From the human T2T-CHM13v2.0 reference genome, Homo sapiens: a stretch of 64,000 nucleotides of DNA. Each line of letters starts with the position of its first letter. Positions within the stretch are counted from its first letter, which is position 1. The translations under genes were made by a program, and so were the position numbers. Under the pieces are notes generated by a model, which saw only the letters and a list, made by a program, of their open reading frames with translations, searched no databases and was not told where the DNA came from. The stretch lies in NCBI RefSeq assembly GCF_009914755.1, contig NC_060940.1; one strand, given 5' to 3'. Shown piece by piece: positions 41,596 to 59,899 of the stretch.

Positions 41596-41824
41596 CACCT
41601 ATTCATTCTTAACCTACTATTACTATAGCAAATCTTCACACAACCTCATTTATGCTCAAATATGATGTAAGCTCTAGGAGTGTCAATAATTCATTTAGGA
41701 CGATGATTCATTGAGAATCAAAAGTACATCCAACTGATTTGTAAAGGATTTTCCATGCAGGGTTAATAAGCTAGTGTATAGAAGTGTGTCGAAAACGGAC
41801 TAAAGTTTTACTGGGATTTTCCAG

Positions 41825-41936
41825 GTTCGCTGTGATCCTGAGATTCAAGAACTGCGTCAGTGGCAGAAGAAACTTCGCGAGGCCAAGCACATTCACCAGC
41901 AAGTCAAAATTTTCTGGGCCAAGCAAGAACAAAAAG
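41825..41936 (+). CDS. IQCK: IQCK coding exon (112 nt) encoding VRCDPEIQELRQWQKKLREAKHIHQQVKIFWAKQEQK
   Basis: Acceptor ttttccag|G at 41824/41825, donor AAG|gtaagt at 41936/41937; 37 open codons plus 1 nt; continues the IQCK peptide and completes IQSFWRACVVR; too short for the ORF track. Confidence 0.96.
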
Positions 41937-42327
41937 GTAAGTTGCTGGATTCACTGTCCTTAGTTCATTCAAGAAAAGCCTGATTCTTATTCCAGGCTCA
42001 AGAAGGAGGCCCTCTGAGCTTTTGTAAGGTCCTTGTCTGCATGGAACTCAGCTTGTGCATGGGGGAAGTGGCTGCATATTAAGATTCTGCTATGGAATGA
42101 CAGAGGTGATGTGATATAATTTACAGGGCCATTTCTCTCCCACAGGGACAAATTCAGTGTCTCCCTGTGTCTGCAGTTTCTATTTTTGAAGCTACAAGAC
42201 ATCAAGAATAACCCATTATTTTGGAAACACAGTGTCTATCAGTATGATGGATAGTTATAGTTATTCTTCTAAGTTGTTGATTGTGTGTCTGAACTCAGAT
42301 GGTATTTTATGCTTGTCTTCTCCCCTT

Positions 42328-42712
42328 TTGCGATGGCTAATTTTATGTGTCAACTTGACGGGGCTGTGAGATGCCCAGATTAAACATTATTTCTAGATCT
42401 GTCTGTCAAGGTGTTTCCAGAGAGATTAGCATTTGAATTGATTGACCAAATAAAGCAGATGGACCTCCCTAATGGGCTTCATCCAATCTGTTAAGGGCCT
42501 GAATAGAACAAAATGGTGGAGGAAGGTTGCATGGACTCTGCCTGGCCATGTGAGCTGGGGGCCTTGATCTTCTGCCCTTGGTGCTCCTGGCTCGCAGGCC
42601 TTCAAACCCAGACTAGAATCTACACTATTGGTTCTCTGGACTTCCTAGGTCTCTAGCTTGCAAATGGCAGATTGTGGGACTTCTCAGTCACCATAATTTC
42701 ATGAGCCGATAT
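42328..42712 (+). mobile_element. MLT2 (ERVL) LTR
   Basis: tg.gatggctaattttatgtgtcaacttgac...gcagattgtgggacttctcag. Confidence 0.8.
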
Positions 42713-42713
42713 C

Positions 42714-43333
<620 letters not shown>

Positions 43334-43404
43334 TGATATGTTTTCAAATGGGGAAAATTAAATTGCAGAACTATAAGTTTTTATTCATATAAAAAAATAT
43401 GCAT

Positions 43405-43655
43405 GGCCTGTAATGTAATCCTAGGACTTCGGGGGCCTGAGGCGGGTGGATCACCTGAAGTCAGAAGTTCAAGACCAGCCTGGCCAACATGGTGAAACCC
43501 TGTCTCTACTAAAAATACAAAAATTAGCCGGGCATGGTGGCGGGCACCTGTAATCCCAGCTACTTGAACCCAGAAGGCAGAGGTTGCAGTGAGCCGAGAT
43601 CGTGCTACTGCACTTCAGCCTAGGCAACACAGCCAGACACCGTCTCAAAAAAAAA
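43405..43655 (+). mobile_element. Truncated, internally deleted AluS
   Basis: Alu match; TSD atatgcatgg. Confidence 0.88.
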
Positions 43656-43816
43656 ATATATATATATAAATATATATATAAAATATATATTATATATATT
43701 TTTATATATTTTTATATATATAATTAAATATATTTTAATTATTTAATTATTTAAATTATATATAAATATATAATTATATATATAATTAAATATATATAAA
43801 TATATATTATATATAT
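43656..43816. repeat. Pure A/T low-complexity tract
   Basis: About 160 nt with no G or C. Confidence 0.95.
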
Positions 43817-43865
43817 GCATGGAAACACAGAGATGCTAAACAGTCTGGAAGAAAATTATTGGTAG

Positions 43866-44507
<642 letters not shown>

Positions 44508-44568
44508 TAGGCCTGTGCTCTCGGCTCTGGGCAACAAGTCCCGCTGATGCTTGACTGTACAGCTGCTA

Positions 44569-44648
44569 TTAGGTTGGTGCAAGAATAATTGCAGTTTTTG
44601 CCATTAAAAATAATGACATTAAATGCAATTACTTTTGCCCCAACCTAA
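44569..44648. mobile_element. MADE1 (Hsmar1 mariner MITE)
   Basis: 80-bp near-palindrome ttaggttggtgc...caacctaa preceded by TA. Confidence 0.9.
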
Positions 44649-44659
44649 ATTTATTTACT

Positions 44660-44838
44660 GGACAATTGTCTTCCCCACTAGCATGTAACCTGCATGAAAT
44701 AATAGGACACATTGACATCATGGTACCTCCTGATGTGATGTGTCTGCCTGGCTTAACTCCTAGTACAGTGCCTGGCACAAAGTGAGCACCAGATAAATAT
44801 CAGTTGAACGAACGAATGAATGAATGAATGAATGAATG
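44660..44838. mobile_element. L2 3' end with (GAAT)n tail
   Basis: cagtgcctggcac...ataaatatcagttgaacgaacgaatgaatgaatg. Confidence 0.75.
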
Positions 44839-47384
44839 GAGCTGTGAGGTTTAAATGAGTCAATAAACAAAGTTCCTGGTGCAGAGTAGGAGCACATCAA
44901 ATTGGTGATCTAAGCTGCCCTTGTAAAGAAGCAGCTTGAGCTATCACTGTTTGGCTGGCTCAGCACAGGCCTCTGTTCCATGCACAACTGCAGTTTCATT
45001 TGGCTTCAAAACTGGAAGGCAATCAGGGCTGTAATCAGTTTAAAGGTCGAGGAAAGTGCAGCATGCCTATTTCTTTCTGTTGGTCTGTATTCTTTGGATT
45101 TGATTTGCAGTTGGTTGATTGACTGATTGGGCTCGCTTCGGAGCAGGGAGAATAGACTGGAGTTCATGCTTTTATCCAGCCTGCAGCAGAGGGGCTGGAG
45201 GGGCTGGTGGAAGCAGTTCCATTTCCACCATCTGCTGCTGGCTTCCCGTGCCACCTTCCAAGGGCTCCAGAAGGAGTGAGCCGTGCTTTCCAAACAAGAA
45301 ACACCTCTTCAGTAAATACCCCAGTGTGAACCCATGGATAGGTTCCCATATACGCTGAGACCGTGAAATGGCCTTTGGGCAAACAAGCCAATTCTGAAGT
45401 CTGTCCCCAGGTCTGTGATCAGTTAAGAAGGAAGTCAGGACAGCAGAAAGGACAGGTAAAGGACCGGGCTTTGGAGTTGGCCAGACCTGCCTTTGGAATC
45501 CTAACTACCACTTCTATCCATGTGACCCTGATCTACTGAACTTCATGAAGCTTTAGTTTTCCCTTGTGCAAAATGGGACTAGTAATAATAGTGTCTGTCT
45601 CGTACAAGTGTTATTACAAGATTATAAGAGATGATGATCTTTAGAACAAGTCCTGGCACATAGTTCCCATAAATGTTAGTTATTGTCATGATAGTATTAT
45701 TAAAATATTTGTGTTGATTTCTTCCAATAGACTCCAAGCTCCATGGGCTTTCATGTAGGACCGTGTTTGTCTTATTCATCATGAGCCTGGCACAGAGCAG
45801 ATGGTCTGAACATATTTAGGGGATGAAGCTCTGGGCTTCATTTTACATATGAAGAAATGAAGTTCCAGCAAGATTGAATGACTTGCCCAAGGTCACACAG
45901 CAGAGGAGAGCCTGGGGCTGGGCCCAGGACTTCCCTTTCTCTGTCCAGTGTTCTAACATATCCTGGAGGACAGATGCAGAGAGCTAAGACATTCTCTTAG
46001 ATTCTGCTCTCAGACCCAGCTTCTCAGGAATCTTCTGGAACATGACATATGACCTGTTCAGTTTCCTCTCTGGGCTTCAGGGTTCTTGCTGTTTATGTTT
46101 TCATGGACTGAAGCCTCCAGCTAGGGGCTGAATTACGAGAAGCAGAGTACAACCTGCTGCACACCAGGTGAAGCAGAACTTCTTGTTCCCTTTAACTGTC
46201 GCCGAGTTGAATCACTTTGTTAAGCTCATGCGCTAGAGTTACTTCCTATTTTAAACCTTATGAATCTGGGTAGTGTGGGGGGTTACAAAATAAATCTCCC
46301 CAGCCAAGGTGACACCTCAATTAGACCTCAAAGGCTTGCAGTGAAGCAGTTTGAAAATGGATGTTAAGCACATGCTAGTTCTCCTTTAGACTTGCAATAA
46401 AAAATAGTGGAGTGATTGCAAATGAAAATGGTTTTTCAACTTCATTAAAAAAAAAAAAAGCTCATCTATGTACAAATCCAGGAGACAGGCATATCTTTTT
46501 AAGTTGTTGCCATTTTATCCACATTGTGCTCCGGCATTTACAGTACAAAGAGATTTTACCAAGTTCATAGCTTAGAGCAACCTTGGGCAGTCAGGAGGTC
46601 TGAGGGAGAGTCACATCAGCTGTCGGGGTGGAATTGTGGTCATATATAGCCTGTCTCACATTACAGTGAGTCAGAGACTGACTGTCCCAAACAGTATTTT
46701 CTTCTAGGATGGAAGCGGTGTGAAGTTATCTTCAAGTCTCTATCCATCAGGACAGATGCAGGAATTATTTTAAAACGTGTATGGTAAGAATTTCAGCCAA
46801 TGTAGTTTAAAATAAGATGCCCAAGTCATTTTTGAGATGTAGTAAAAAATATCGTGTCTCGATTAATAGCATATTTTTAGCCTCACATAGTCAGTAATTG
46901 TTTTCAAATGTGCTTTGTAATTGAATATCCATATTTTATTTAGAAATCTAGTATGAGCAGGGAGAAAGAAACCATAGAAATTGTTCCCATAACATCAGAT
47001 TACATTACATATGTGTGTGTATATATATATGCACACACATATATATACATCATATATATCATCAGATAAATTTATCATGTATGTGTTTGTGTGTATATTC
47101 TTTATATATGCACAAATAATCTCTAAATAACTATCACTTCTTAACGTTTTGAAGAAAAGGCAGAGACTTGGAGGGAGAGATTGATCTGTCAAAGGAAATG
47201 AATTGTCTACTTTTTGTTTGCTTAACTGTTTTATTTCCTACTTCATTCCAAGAGTGGTTTTTAGTAGTTACGGAAATACACACAATATGATATTTTTAGG
47301 TAAAGGTGGTAATTAAGGAATAATTAAGATTAGGGAAAAAAATAAAGCCACTCAGTTCTGTAAGTAAAATACTTAACTTCAAGG

Positions 47385-48040
47385 CCTAGGCTGACAAATA
47401 CAAATTATATATATTCAAGGTGTGCAACATGATGATTTAATATTCGTATACTGTATTAGTCCATTTTCACACTGCTATAAAGAATACCTGAGACTGGGTA
47501 ATTTATAAAGAAAAGAGGTTTAATTGACTTACAGTTCTGCATGGCTGGGAGGTCTCAGGAAACTTAAAATCATGGCGGAAGGCAAAAGGGAAGCAAGGCA
47601 CGTCTTATATGGCGGCAGGAGAGAGAGAGAGTGAGGGGGGAACTGTCAAACATAAACCATCAGATCTCATGAGAACTCACTCACTATCATAAGAACAGTA
47701 TGGGGGAAACCTCCCCCATGATCCAGTCACCTCCCACCAGATCCCTCCTTCCACACATGGGGATTACAATTCAAGATGAAATTTGGGTGGGGACACAGAG
47801 CCAAGCCGTATCATACATACTGTGTAATGATTACTATGATCAAATTAATGAACACATCTATCACCCTTAGTTACGATTTGTGTGTGTGTATGTGTGTGGT
47901 GAGGACACTTAAAATCTGCTCTCTTACCAATTTTTAAATAAACAATTCAGTATTATTAACTGTAGTTACCATACTTTACATTAGATCCCCAGAACTTATT
48001 CATCTTATAACTGAAAGTTTGTACCCTTTGACCAACATAG
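47385..48040 (-). mobile_element. L1MA 3' end interrupted by an MST/THE1 LTR
   Basis: L1MA terminal motifs flank the LTR. Confidence 0.75.
47452..47813 (-). mobile_element. MSTA/THE1-type MaLR solo LTR
   Basis: tgtattagtccattttcacactgctataaag...tttgggtggggacacagagccaagccgtatca. Confidence 0.88.
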
Positions 48041-48602
48041 AAGTTTCTTAGGAAAACCTGCCAAAGTAAGATGGAAATAGAATCTATTACATAAATTCAC
48101 AGTGTCCATAAGAAAAAAGACAAAGGGCCATTTGTTCGGGAAATACTCAGCGCTTCCCTAATACATTATGCAATGTGAATCATGGCCTCAAAAATGTTCC
48201 TATAGTGAATAGAAATATGGCTCTGAGCTTCCAGGAAGCCACAACAATAAAGGAAATAGGATTATTAATGATTTATTGTGTCCTCAAGATTAAGTGAGTT
48301 TCTTGGAAGCACACCTTCCTGGAGCTGAGACTTGATTTTTCTTTCATAAAGAGGACACTATAACATACTGAACACCATTTTATTCCCAAATATAGTAAGT
48401 TTCTTAGAGCAGTGTTTCCTTCTAGAGGGAAAACATGAAAGCCCAGAGTAGAGGGTGGAGACCAGAGAAAGTTCTTTTCCCTAATTTTAATTTAGACCAC
48501 AATGACAAATCCTAGCGATTAGGATTTCCCTGTGGTTTAAAGGCTATTCTTAAGATGAACACCTCATCTTACCGCCCCACCTGCTTGTGACCTTAGGATT
48601 TG

Positions 48603-48897
48603 CTGGAGGCTGTGGTCACAGCTGTAATCCCAGTGCTTTGGGAGGCCAAGGTGGGAGAATTGCTTGAGCCTAGGAGTTCGAGACCAGCCTGGGCAACACA
48701 ATGAGACCCCGTCTCTACAAAAAATAAAATTAGCCAGGCGTGCTAGCACACTCCTGTAGTCCCAGCTACTCAGGAAGCTGAGGTGGGAGGATTGCTTGAG
48801 CCTAGGAACCCGAGGCTGCACTGAGCGGTGACTGCACCACTGCACACCAGCCTGGGTAATGAGCAAGACCTCATCTCAGAATAAATAAATAAATAAG
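48603..48897 (+). mobile_element. Alu (AluJ)
   Basis: Alu match. Confidence 0.88.
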
Positions 48898-49774
48898 ATA
48901 TGCTGGAACTTAGTTCTTTCCTTCCTAGCCCATGTAATTGGGTGCATTGCCGAGAGCAAAGAAGGATGTCTGCAACTAAGGAGTAGCTACGAGCGATGGA
49001 GCTTATGCCATGTGCCAGACACTACACTAAGCACCTTATGTTTCCACGTAGTCCTCACACATGGTATCTCAGAGAGGTGAGATCATCTCCATCGTACAGA
49101 TGAGGAAACCGGGGCTGGGAGGATACATGGCTTGCACAAGTCCACGCAGCCAGTCAGGCCAGAGACCAGGGATTTGAACCCGGATCTACCTGATGCCAAA
49201 GAGGCTAGAGCCATCCCAGGCCATGCTGTTCTGTAACCCAAGTGCCCAATAGGCCACAGTGGTCCAGTGCAAAGCTTCTCAGCATGGTAACTAAGGACCC
49301 ACAGGCTGGACAGCAGGCAGTGTCTGGCTATGCCTCCCAGCCTGCACCCTGACACTGGAGTGACCACAGACCACTAGTATAGGGGAGGCTTGGCAGTAGA
49401 GGAGGCTGAGAGCCCCATTCAAAGGCTGCAGGATCTACATGAGTGTTTTGGGGAGATATTTTCACTAAAGCAAGAAACCAGGGTTAAGTGAATAAGGATA
49501 AGAATATTCTTTTCTCCCTCTTTCCAAATCCTCTGTCCATCTACATTTGAGGAGCAGAGAAAGGTTTGGCCACCAGAGAGGGAACCTGGGTACCAGGAAC
49601 ACTCTAGCCTGTGGCTCAGGAAGTGAGTTCTACCATTAGTTGAGAACCTTTGTGACCAACAGTCTATCATCTAACAAAAAAGGTCAAGTTTTAGTGATGT
49701 ATTTTCCAAAGACAATCACTGTTGAGTATATCAGCCCATAGTTTTCCCATTCATCTATCAACATACAAATATAA

Positions 49775-50087
49775 GCCAGGTGCGGTGGCTCACGCCTATA
49801 GCTCCAGCACTTTGGGAGGCCGAGGCAGGCGGATCACTTGAGGCCGGGAGTTTGAGATCAGCCTGGCCAACATGGTGAAACCCCGTCTCTACTAAAAATA
49901 CAAAAAAATTAGCCAGGCATGGTGGCACATGCTTGTAGTCCCAGCTACTTGGAAGGCTGAGGCATGAGAATTGTGTGAACCAGGAGGTGGAGGTTGCAGT
50001 GAGGTGGAGGTTGCAGTGAGCCGAGATCACACTACTGCACTCTAGCCTGGGTGACAGAGCAAGACTCTGTCTCAAAAAAATAAAAAA
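49775..50087 (+). mobile_element. Alu (AluS) with internal 17-bp duplication
   Basis: gaggtggaggttgcagt x2 at 49984-50017. Confidence 0.92.
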
Positions 50088-50353
50088 CGTAAATATATAT
50101 ATTTATAAACATGTAACCATATTATATATGCTGTACCGTAACTGGCTTGTTTTTTCTTCACTTGGCAATATATCATTGCCATCTGCTTCATGCCAGCACA
50201 CACAGATCTATCCCATTATTTTTAGTGGCTCCATAAAAATGATAGCGCTGTACCATACTTTTGTAAAACCAATTCCTATGAATGGATAGTTGGCTTGTAT
50301 TATGAACAATGCTCCATAAACATTGTTGTAACTATATTCTAGCTTGCTTGTAG

Positions 50354-50676
<323 letters not shown>

Positions 50677-51288
50677 TTGTAGAAGTACCTCTATGGGATT
50701 AATTCCTAGAAGTGGAATTGCTGGGTCAAAGGACACCCACATATTAAATTTAGACAGTGATCACCATACTGTCATCCAAAAATGTTATATTAATTTATAC
50801 TTAATGCTACCAACCCACTGTGGGACTTTTGATGGGTGATGTCATCTTTGTGCTACATTTTCTCTACTTGTAAAATGAGAATTCTTATGCCTTAGTAATA
50901 ATTCTAAATGAGGTCATTGTTTTGATAGGACCATGGCTCCTTCAGAAGAAATATATCTGTAAATCTAAGGTGTCATTTTCATTTTCATTTTTTTCTTTCA
51001 TAGTTCCTCAAAACTTAGTTCCTTCTCCATTTTAACCTGCAAAATAAATAATTTGATTAAGAGACATCTAGTGACTTCATGCCTTGGCACTGCCTTCACC
51101 AATTCTATTTTTAGGACTCACCAGTGTCTGGGGATGTTTGGATGACATCAACTTTTACACATATCTTTTCATTTAAAATTTGCAAAAGTCTGCACAGCTA
51201 TGACATGACAGAAGCCTCCCACTGCAATGCCTGAAGATCCCTACTGTTCTGAGATTAAAAAATAAAAGATGATTTCCTTTCTTAATGA

Positions 51289-51602
<314 letters not shown>

Positions 51603-51911
51603 TGATGCGGAATGCTTTTGAAGGATATAGATAAATCTACAAACCCCTAGACGGCTCATGACCAGATTGGGCTAAGTTTCCCATTTCTCACTGTGCAACC
51701 TCGAGCAGGTTGCTTAACCTCTCTGTGACTCAGTTTGTCTGGCAATACAATGGCAATACTAATACTAGTAACCAAGCCATAGAGTTTTTGTGAGGATTAA
51801 ATGAACTGGAATAGTGCCTGGCCCATAATAAGTGATCAATAAATGATAATTATTATTAATTAAGCAAAGCATTCAACATATCATTAATACATATTGTTAA
51901 GAATATTGGCA

Positions 51912-52210
51912 GCCAGGTGCAGTCACTCATGCCTGTAATACCAACACTTTGGGAGGCCAAGATGGGAGGATCACTCGAGAGCCCAGGAGTTCGAGACCAG
52001 CCCGGGCAACACAGAGAGACTATCTCTACAAAAAATATGAAAACTAGCTGGGTATGGTGGTCTGTGCATGTGGTCCCAGCTACTTGGGAGGCTGAGGCAG
52101 GAGGATCTCTTGGTCTTGGGAGGTCGAGGCTTCAGAAAGCCATGATCACGCTGCTGTACTCCAGCATGGGCAACAGAATAAGACCCTGTCTCAAAAAAAT
52201 AAAAATAAAA
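51912..52210 (+). mobile_element. Alu (AluJ)
   Basis: Alu match. Confidence 0.88.
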
Positions 52211-53494
52211 AGATTGGCTTTGGAGGGTCTGACAGAACCGAGCTCCTGCCTTTTACCATCAGGATGGTTCCTGGGCAAGTTGTTAATCCTCTCCAGGCTG
52301 TTTTCTCCTCTGTTGTGTGGGGACAATTAGGATCTGTCACAAAGGGCTACTGTGAGGATTAAGTAAAACAGCCGTGTATGGAATTAAATAGATCTCTGGC
52401 ACAAAGTGAATGGTCAGTAACTGGTGGCTGGTTTTAGTAATATTTTTTAAAGCTGTCAGCAAAAATAAAGTTTTTATTCCAGGTAATTTATGTACAGCAG
52501 TGGTTCTCAATGCTGGCTGCAGATTAGAATCTCCTGGGGGAAATTTATAAGCTGTGTCAGGCTAGAGGCCAGAAAAAGTGATTACATGGGTTTATTCTTG
52601 GTAGAGAATGTGTTGTAACCACATCAGCAAAGCCCTAATACTATGGATTAGCTACAAGATCCCAGTAATAGCTTTGGATTCAAAATCTTCCTTTGCGAGG
52701 CTCTTCTCACTAATGCAGTTTCATTTGGTCTAAAATTCAGGGGATCTGAGTTCCTGTTCGACTGTGCAATTTACCAGCTACATGGACCTTGTTTTCTGCT
52801 TTGAAAAATTGAATGGTTGAATCAGGAAATCTCTATAACAGCAAAACAGAATATCCCATAGGTGTTTGCTGTAGAATATCCTGCCTCCCAGGCAAGAGGC
52901 CTGCTGTCTGGGCGAATCTAAACCTTGAAAACCTGTTGATGCCGTTTTGGTGGCTGTTGCCGGGTTTGGGAGTTTGGTCTCAACGTTGAAGGCAAGAACA
53001 ATAGATGGTGAATGTTCTGCCCACTACTGGGCTTTTGTTGGGGAAAGCGAGGTGGGATCACTGGGGGAGGCAGAGAGTAAATCCGGAAGTTTAGAGGGTG
53101 AGGCAGAGAAGAGGGAGGCATGAATTCGGTATTTGGCAATTTGGGAAAGTTTGGAGGAAAAGAGTAGGGAGGTTTAAAGGAGATTTTTGTGAAGTTTGAT
53201 CACATGTTTGAGAAGGTAGGAAGCACATATTCTGGAAGGAGGCTCCTCCTGTCACTACATTTGAACCTGTCACACCCAGAATGACTCTTTCTGAATGCAA
53301 GTTGGAGCTAACCGGGAGGGCAATGGGAAATTCTGTCTGCCTTGTCAAGCTGGGGCCCGGCCTACAGGACAGCATTGCCTACCTGTGGCTGCCAAACGTT
53401 GCGTGTCTGCAAAGATCCGCAATCCTCATAGCAGCTCTGATTTAGAGTGCCAACTACACGCCAGGCACTTTGCATATATTATTTCTAATCTTCA

Positions 53495-53858
<364 letters not shown>

Positions 53859-53889
53859 TCAGGGGAGGAAACTGTGTCTCAGAGGTTAA

Positions 53890-54295
<406 letters not shown>

Positions 54296-54506
54296 TGACT
54301 GCACTAGAATGTAAGTTCTCTGACAGCAGGGACCTTTCTTTCCTATTTTGTTCATTGCTCTGTCCTCAGCATCTAGAACAGTGCCCAGCACATGGTAGAC
54401 AGTCAAGGAATACTTGTTGGTTGAATGAATGGATCTGTGTTACATAACCTCCTTCCCAGATCAGCCAGCTTGCCAAACGCTCTATGGGCAAGTAAACAGA
54501 ACTGAG

Positions 54507-55215
<709 letters not shown>

Positions 55216-56604
55216 TTATCTCTGGGTGGTTGTAATGCAGGCGATTGATGAGTTGATTGATTTTTGCCTTTTTTTCTAAAACAGAAATGCAAGTGATTAT
55301 TTTTCTTTTTCGATTATCCATAATTTCTAAAAATAATAAAAAGGAGTGTTTGTTTACATTCATTGTGCACTTACTATGAGGCAAGCATTTTCCCAAGCAC
55401 TTTACTAGTAGCAACTCAATTATTCTTTACACCTTTGAAGTAGTTACTGCTATGGTCTCCATTTTATAGATGAAGAAACTGAGGCAGAGAGAGGTCAAAC
55501 AGTATATCTGGGGCCACACAGCAAAAACATAGCAGAACCAAGCAGCTTGACTCCAGAGTCCTCCCTCTCTCTCTCCTCATTAGGCTGCAATGCACAGATG
55601 TTATTTATGGAGTTCAAACACTCAAGAGAAATCTGTTGGTGTTCAGTTTCCTGCAAAGTCCATTAGGACTTCTGGTTGCATTGCCAAGGGCATGAAGCAC
55701 ATGCTTCTTTATGCCTGTGAGCCTGCCTTAAAGAGTAACGATCCCGCCCACCAAATTGTCCCTGCTTCTCTCTGTGAGCACCAGTCCAAGGCTGTTGACA
55801 CATGGTGTTCACCCTTAGGATCTAAATTTAGGATGTGAACAGCTAAAGCGTCTTGCCAGTTTTCATATTCAACTCTCATTATCTCTTTTAAATTATCTTT
55901 TTAAAAATAATTTAAAACCTGTCCCCATATCAAAGCAATACATTCTCATTATGAAAAACACAGAATAGTAGCAAGAGATCTAAAAAAGGTACCCACCTCA
56001 CTGTCACTGGTAATACTTTGGTGGCTACGAAACCTTTTCAAAAATGCCTTACTTTGCCAGATCTGAGTAGGAGGGAGATGGGGGAGACTAAGGAATCTTT
56101 TGCATGAGCCCTACTGTTGCCACGTGCATTGGAATTGCCCTCATTTTCTTCTCGTGGCATCCAGAGACTTGTCACTTAAGAGGTTTCAAAGTGACATTTG
56201 AAGCTGTTCAGGATGAGCAGCTAATAATAGTAGAAAGAGTCCTAGGCTTAGAGTCCCAAGACCTGCATTGGAACCCTGGCTGGCAACTTCCTAGCTGTGT
56301 GTCCTTGAGCAAGGCACTTAACCTTCCTGATCACTCATCTTTTAGATGCAGAATGAAATTAACACTCTCCCTGAAAACCCAACTGAGAGACAAGTTTATT
56401 TGTGTTAAAACAACAACAACTTGAGCTAATTTCACCTACAAATTCTTACTGGCTATGTGACCTTGAACAAGTTACTTAACTCTTCTAGCTTTCGGTTTTT
56501 TCACCTGTACAATGGAAATAAAAGCATCCCTCTCGCTGGATTCCAAAATGAGATAATGCTTGTAATGAATATGCTTAGTCCAATGCCTCATAAACATTAG
56601 GTGA

Positions 56605-56936
<332 letters not shown>

Positions 56937-57974
56937 CCCATATCATTTTTGAATCATTTTAGAGCAGTGTCTTTTCCCACTGAGTGGTGAAATCAATTAA
57001 TGGGTTGCCAAAAACATTTTGAAAAATGAAGTACAATATAGAGAACATATCAACATGCTTTGCTTATTGTAAGGGAAATACTTTTTGGAGAAATATTTGT
57101 TTGAGATGTGTTTGTGCATTGTAAAAGCAATGTAAAACATATTTTTTAAGTTGAAGGTGGCAGTTTAAATATATGAAAACCACTAAGTTAGATTATAAAT
57201 TTGGTTCCCATGGTTTTAGATTTTCCCTGAATTTGCCAAGGTGGTGTGTCTTTGGCTTACAAACCAAGGTACCTTGGGAAATAACCATATTAATGTACTT
57301 TAACATCTTCTGTAAAATTTTTTCTTTGGGTCAAAATCCATTAAATCCTTTTCAAAAATAAATCCGTATGTGAAATGTCATCCAGCAAATGGTGCCAGGA
57401 AAAATGTTGCTTCCCTTGAAAATGGTTTGCTTCTTCCCTGACTTTCCCTTTGTGCCTTGTTGGCCAGGATGCTCAGAGTTCAATGTGAAACTCATTTATA
57501 GCAACGTCTTAAACGCTATAGTTAGCATATCTAAATTCTCCATTTCTCTTCACGCTTGGTTTTCTTTTTCTGTTTTGATTTACCATCTTTTATTATAAAT
57601 TATCTCAAATCTTTTAAGGAAGGAAGCAGGATGTAAATACATTCAGGAGGAAAACAGTTGTTTTCCTTGCTTATAACACAGACAGCTTGTGAACCTCAGA
57701 TGAGATAATGTATGGGGAAGAACATTAAACACTGGGAAGCCTGGCCCGGGGGAGTTGTCATTAGAGCATATCTGACTCTTGCAAAGGTGTAAGTTTTATC
57801 AGCTTTGTTGACAAGGAGAATAGGGCTGGCATTTGTTTTAACAGAATTGTTAAAAATAACTTTCTTCTTAACTGATTGTAGAAGTAATACTTGCTCTTTG
57901 TAGAAAACTAAACAAAAAAGTGGGTGATTCTGTCTCACCGCCTAGAGATGACCATTATTGAAATGTCATCTTTC

Positions 57975-59170
<1,196 letters not shown>

Positions 59171-59591
59171 GGCCTTGTTGAAGACTTCAGAGTTGAACCC
59201 AATTTCAGCTGGGCCACACAGCATCAGGAGGGCTTTATAGGAAAGAAGAGTATGGGGCACATTGGAGATGGGTCGGATGACCCGGTGGCAGTAAGAACAG
59301 ACAAAAGTGGACAGATTTAGGAGACATTTAAGGGGCAAAAATGACATAGATGAGATCAGTGATCTTTTCTAAAAATGTAGCTTTGTTTGTAGATAAATGT
59401 ATTTCTCATCGTAGTAAGTGGTTGAAAACGTTCGTGTTTTCTTTTCAGTGGACCGGGGGCTTCCTGTTAGAAAGAACGCCGGTTGAAACTCAAAGGATGT
59501 TAATTCCCATCCTCTTTCTTCATGTTTGGTAAAAACAATAACAACAACAACAACAAACACCTTACCAAACATGAAGAAAGGGGATGGGAAG

Positions 59592-59899
<308 letters not shown>

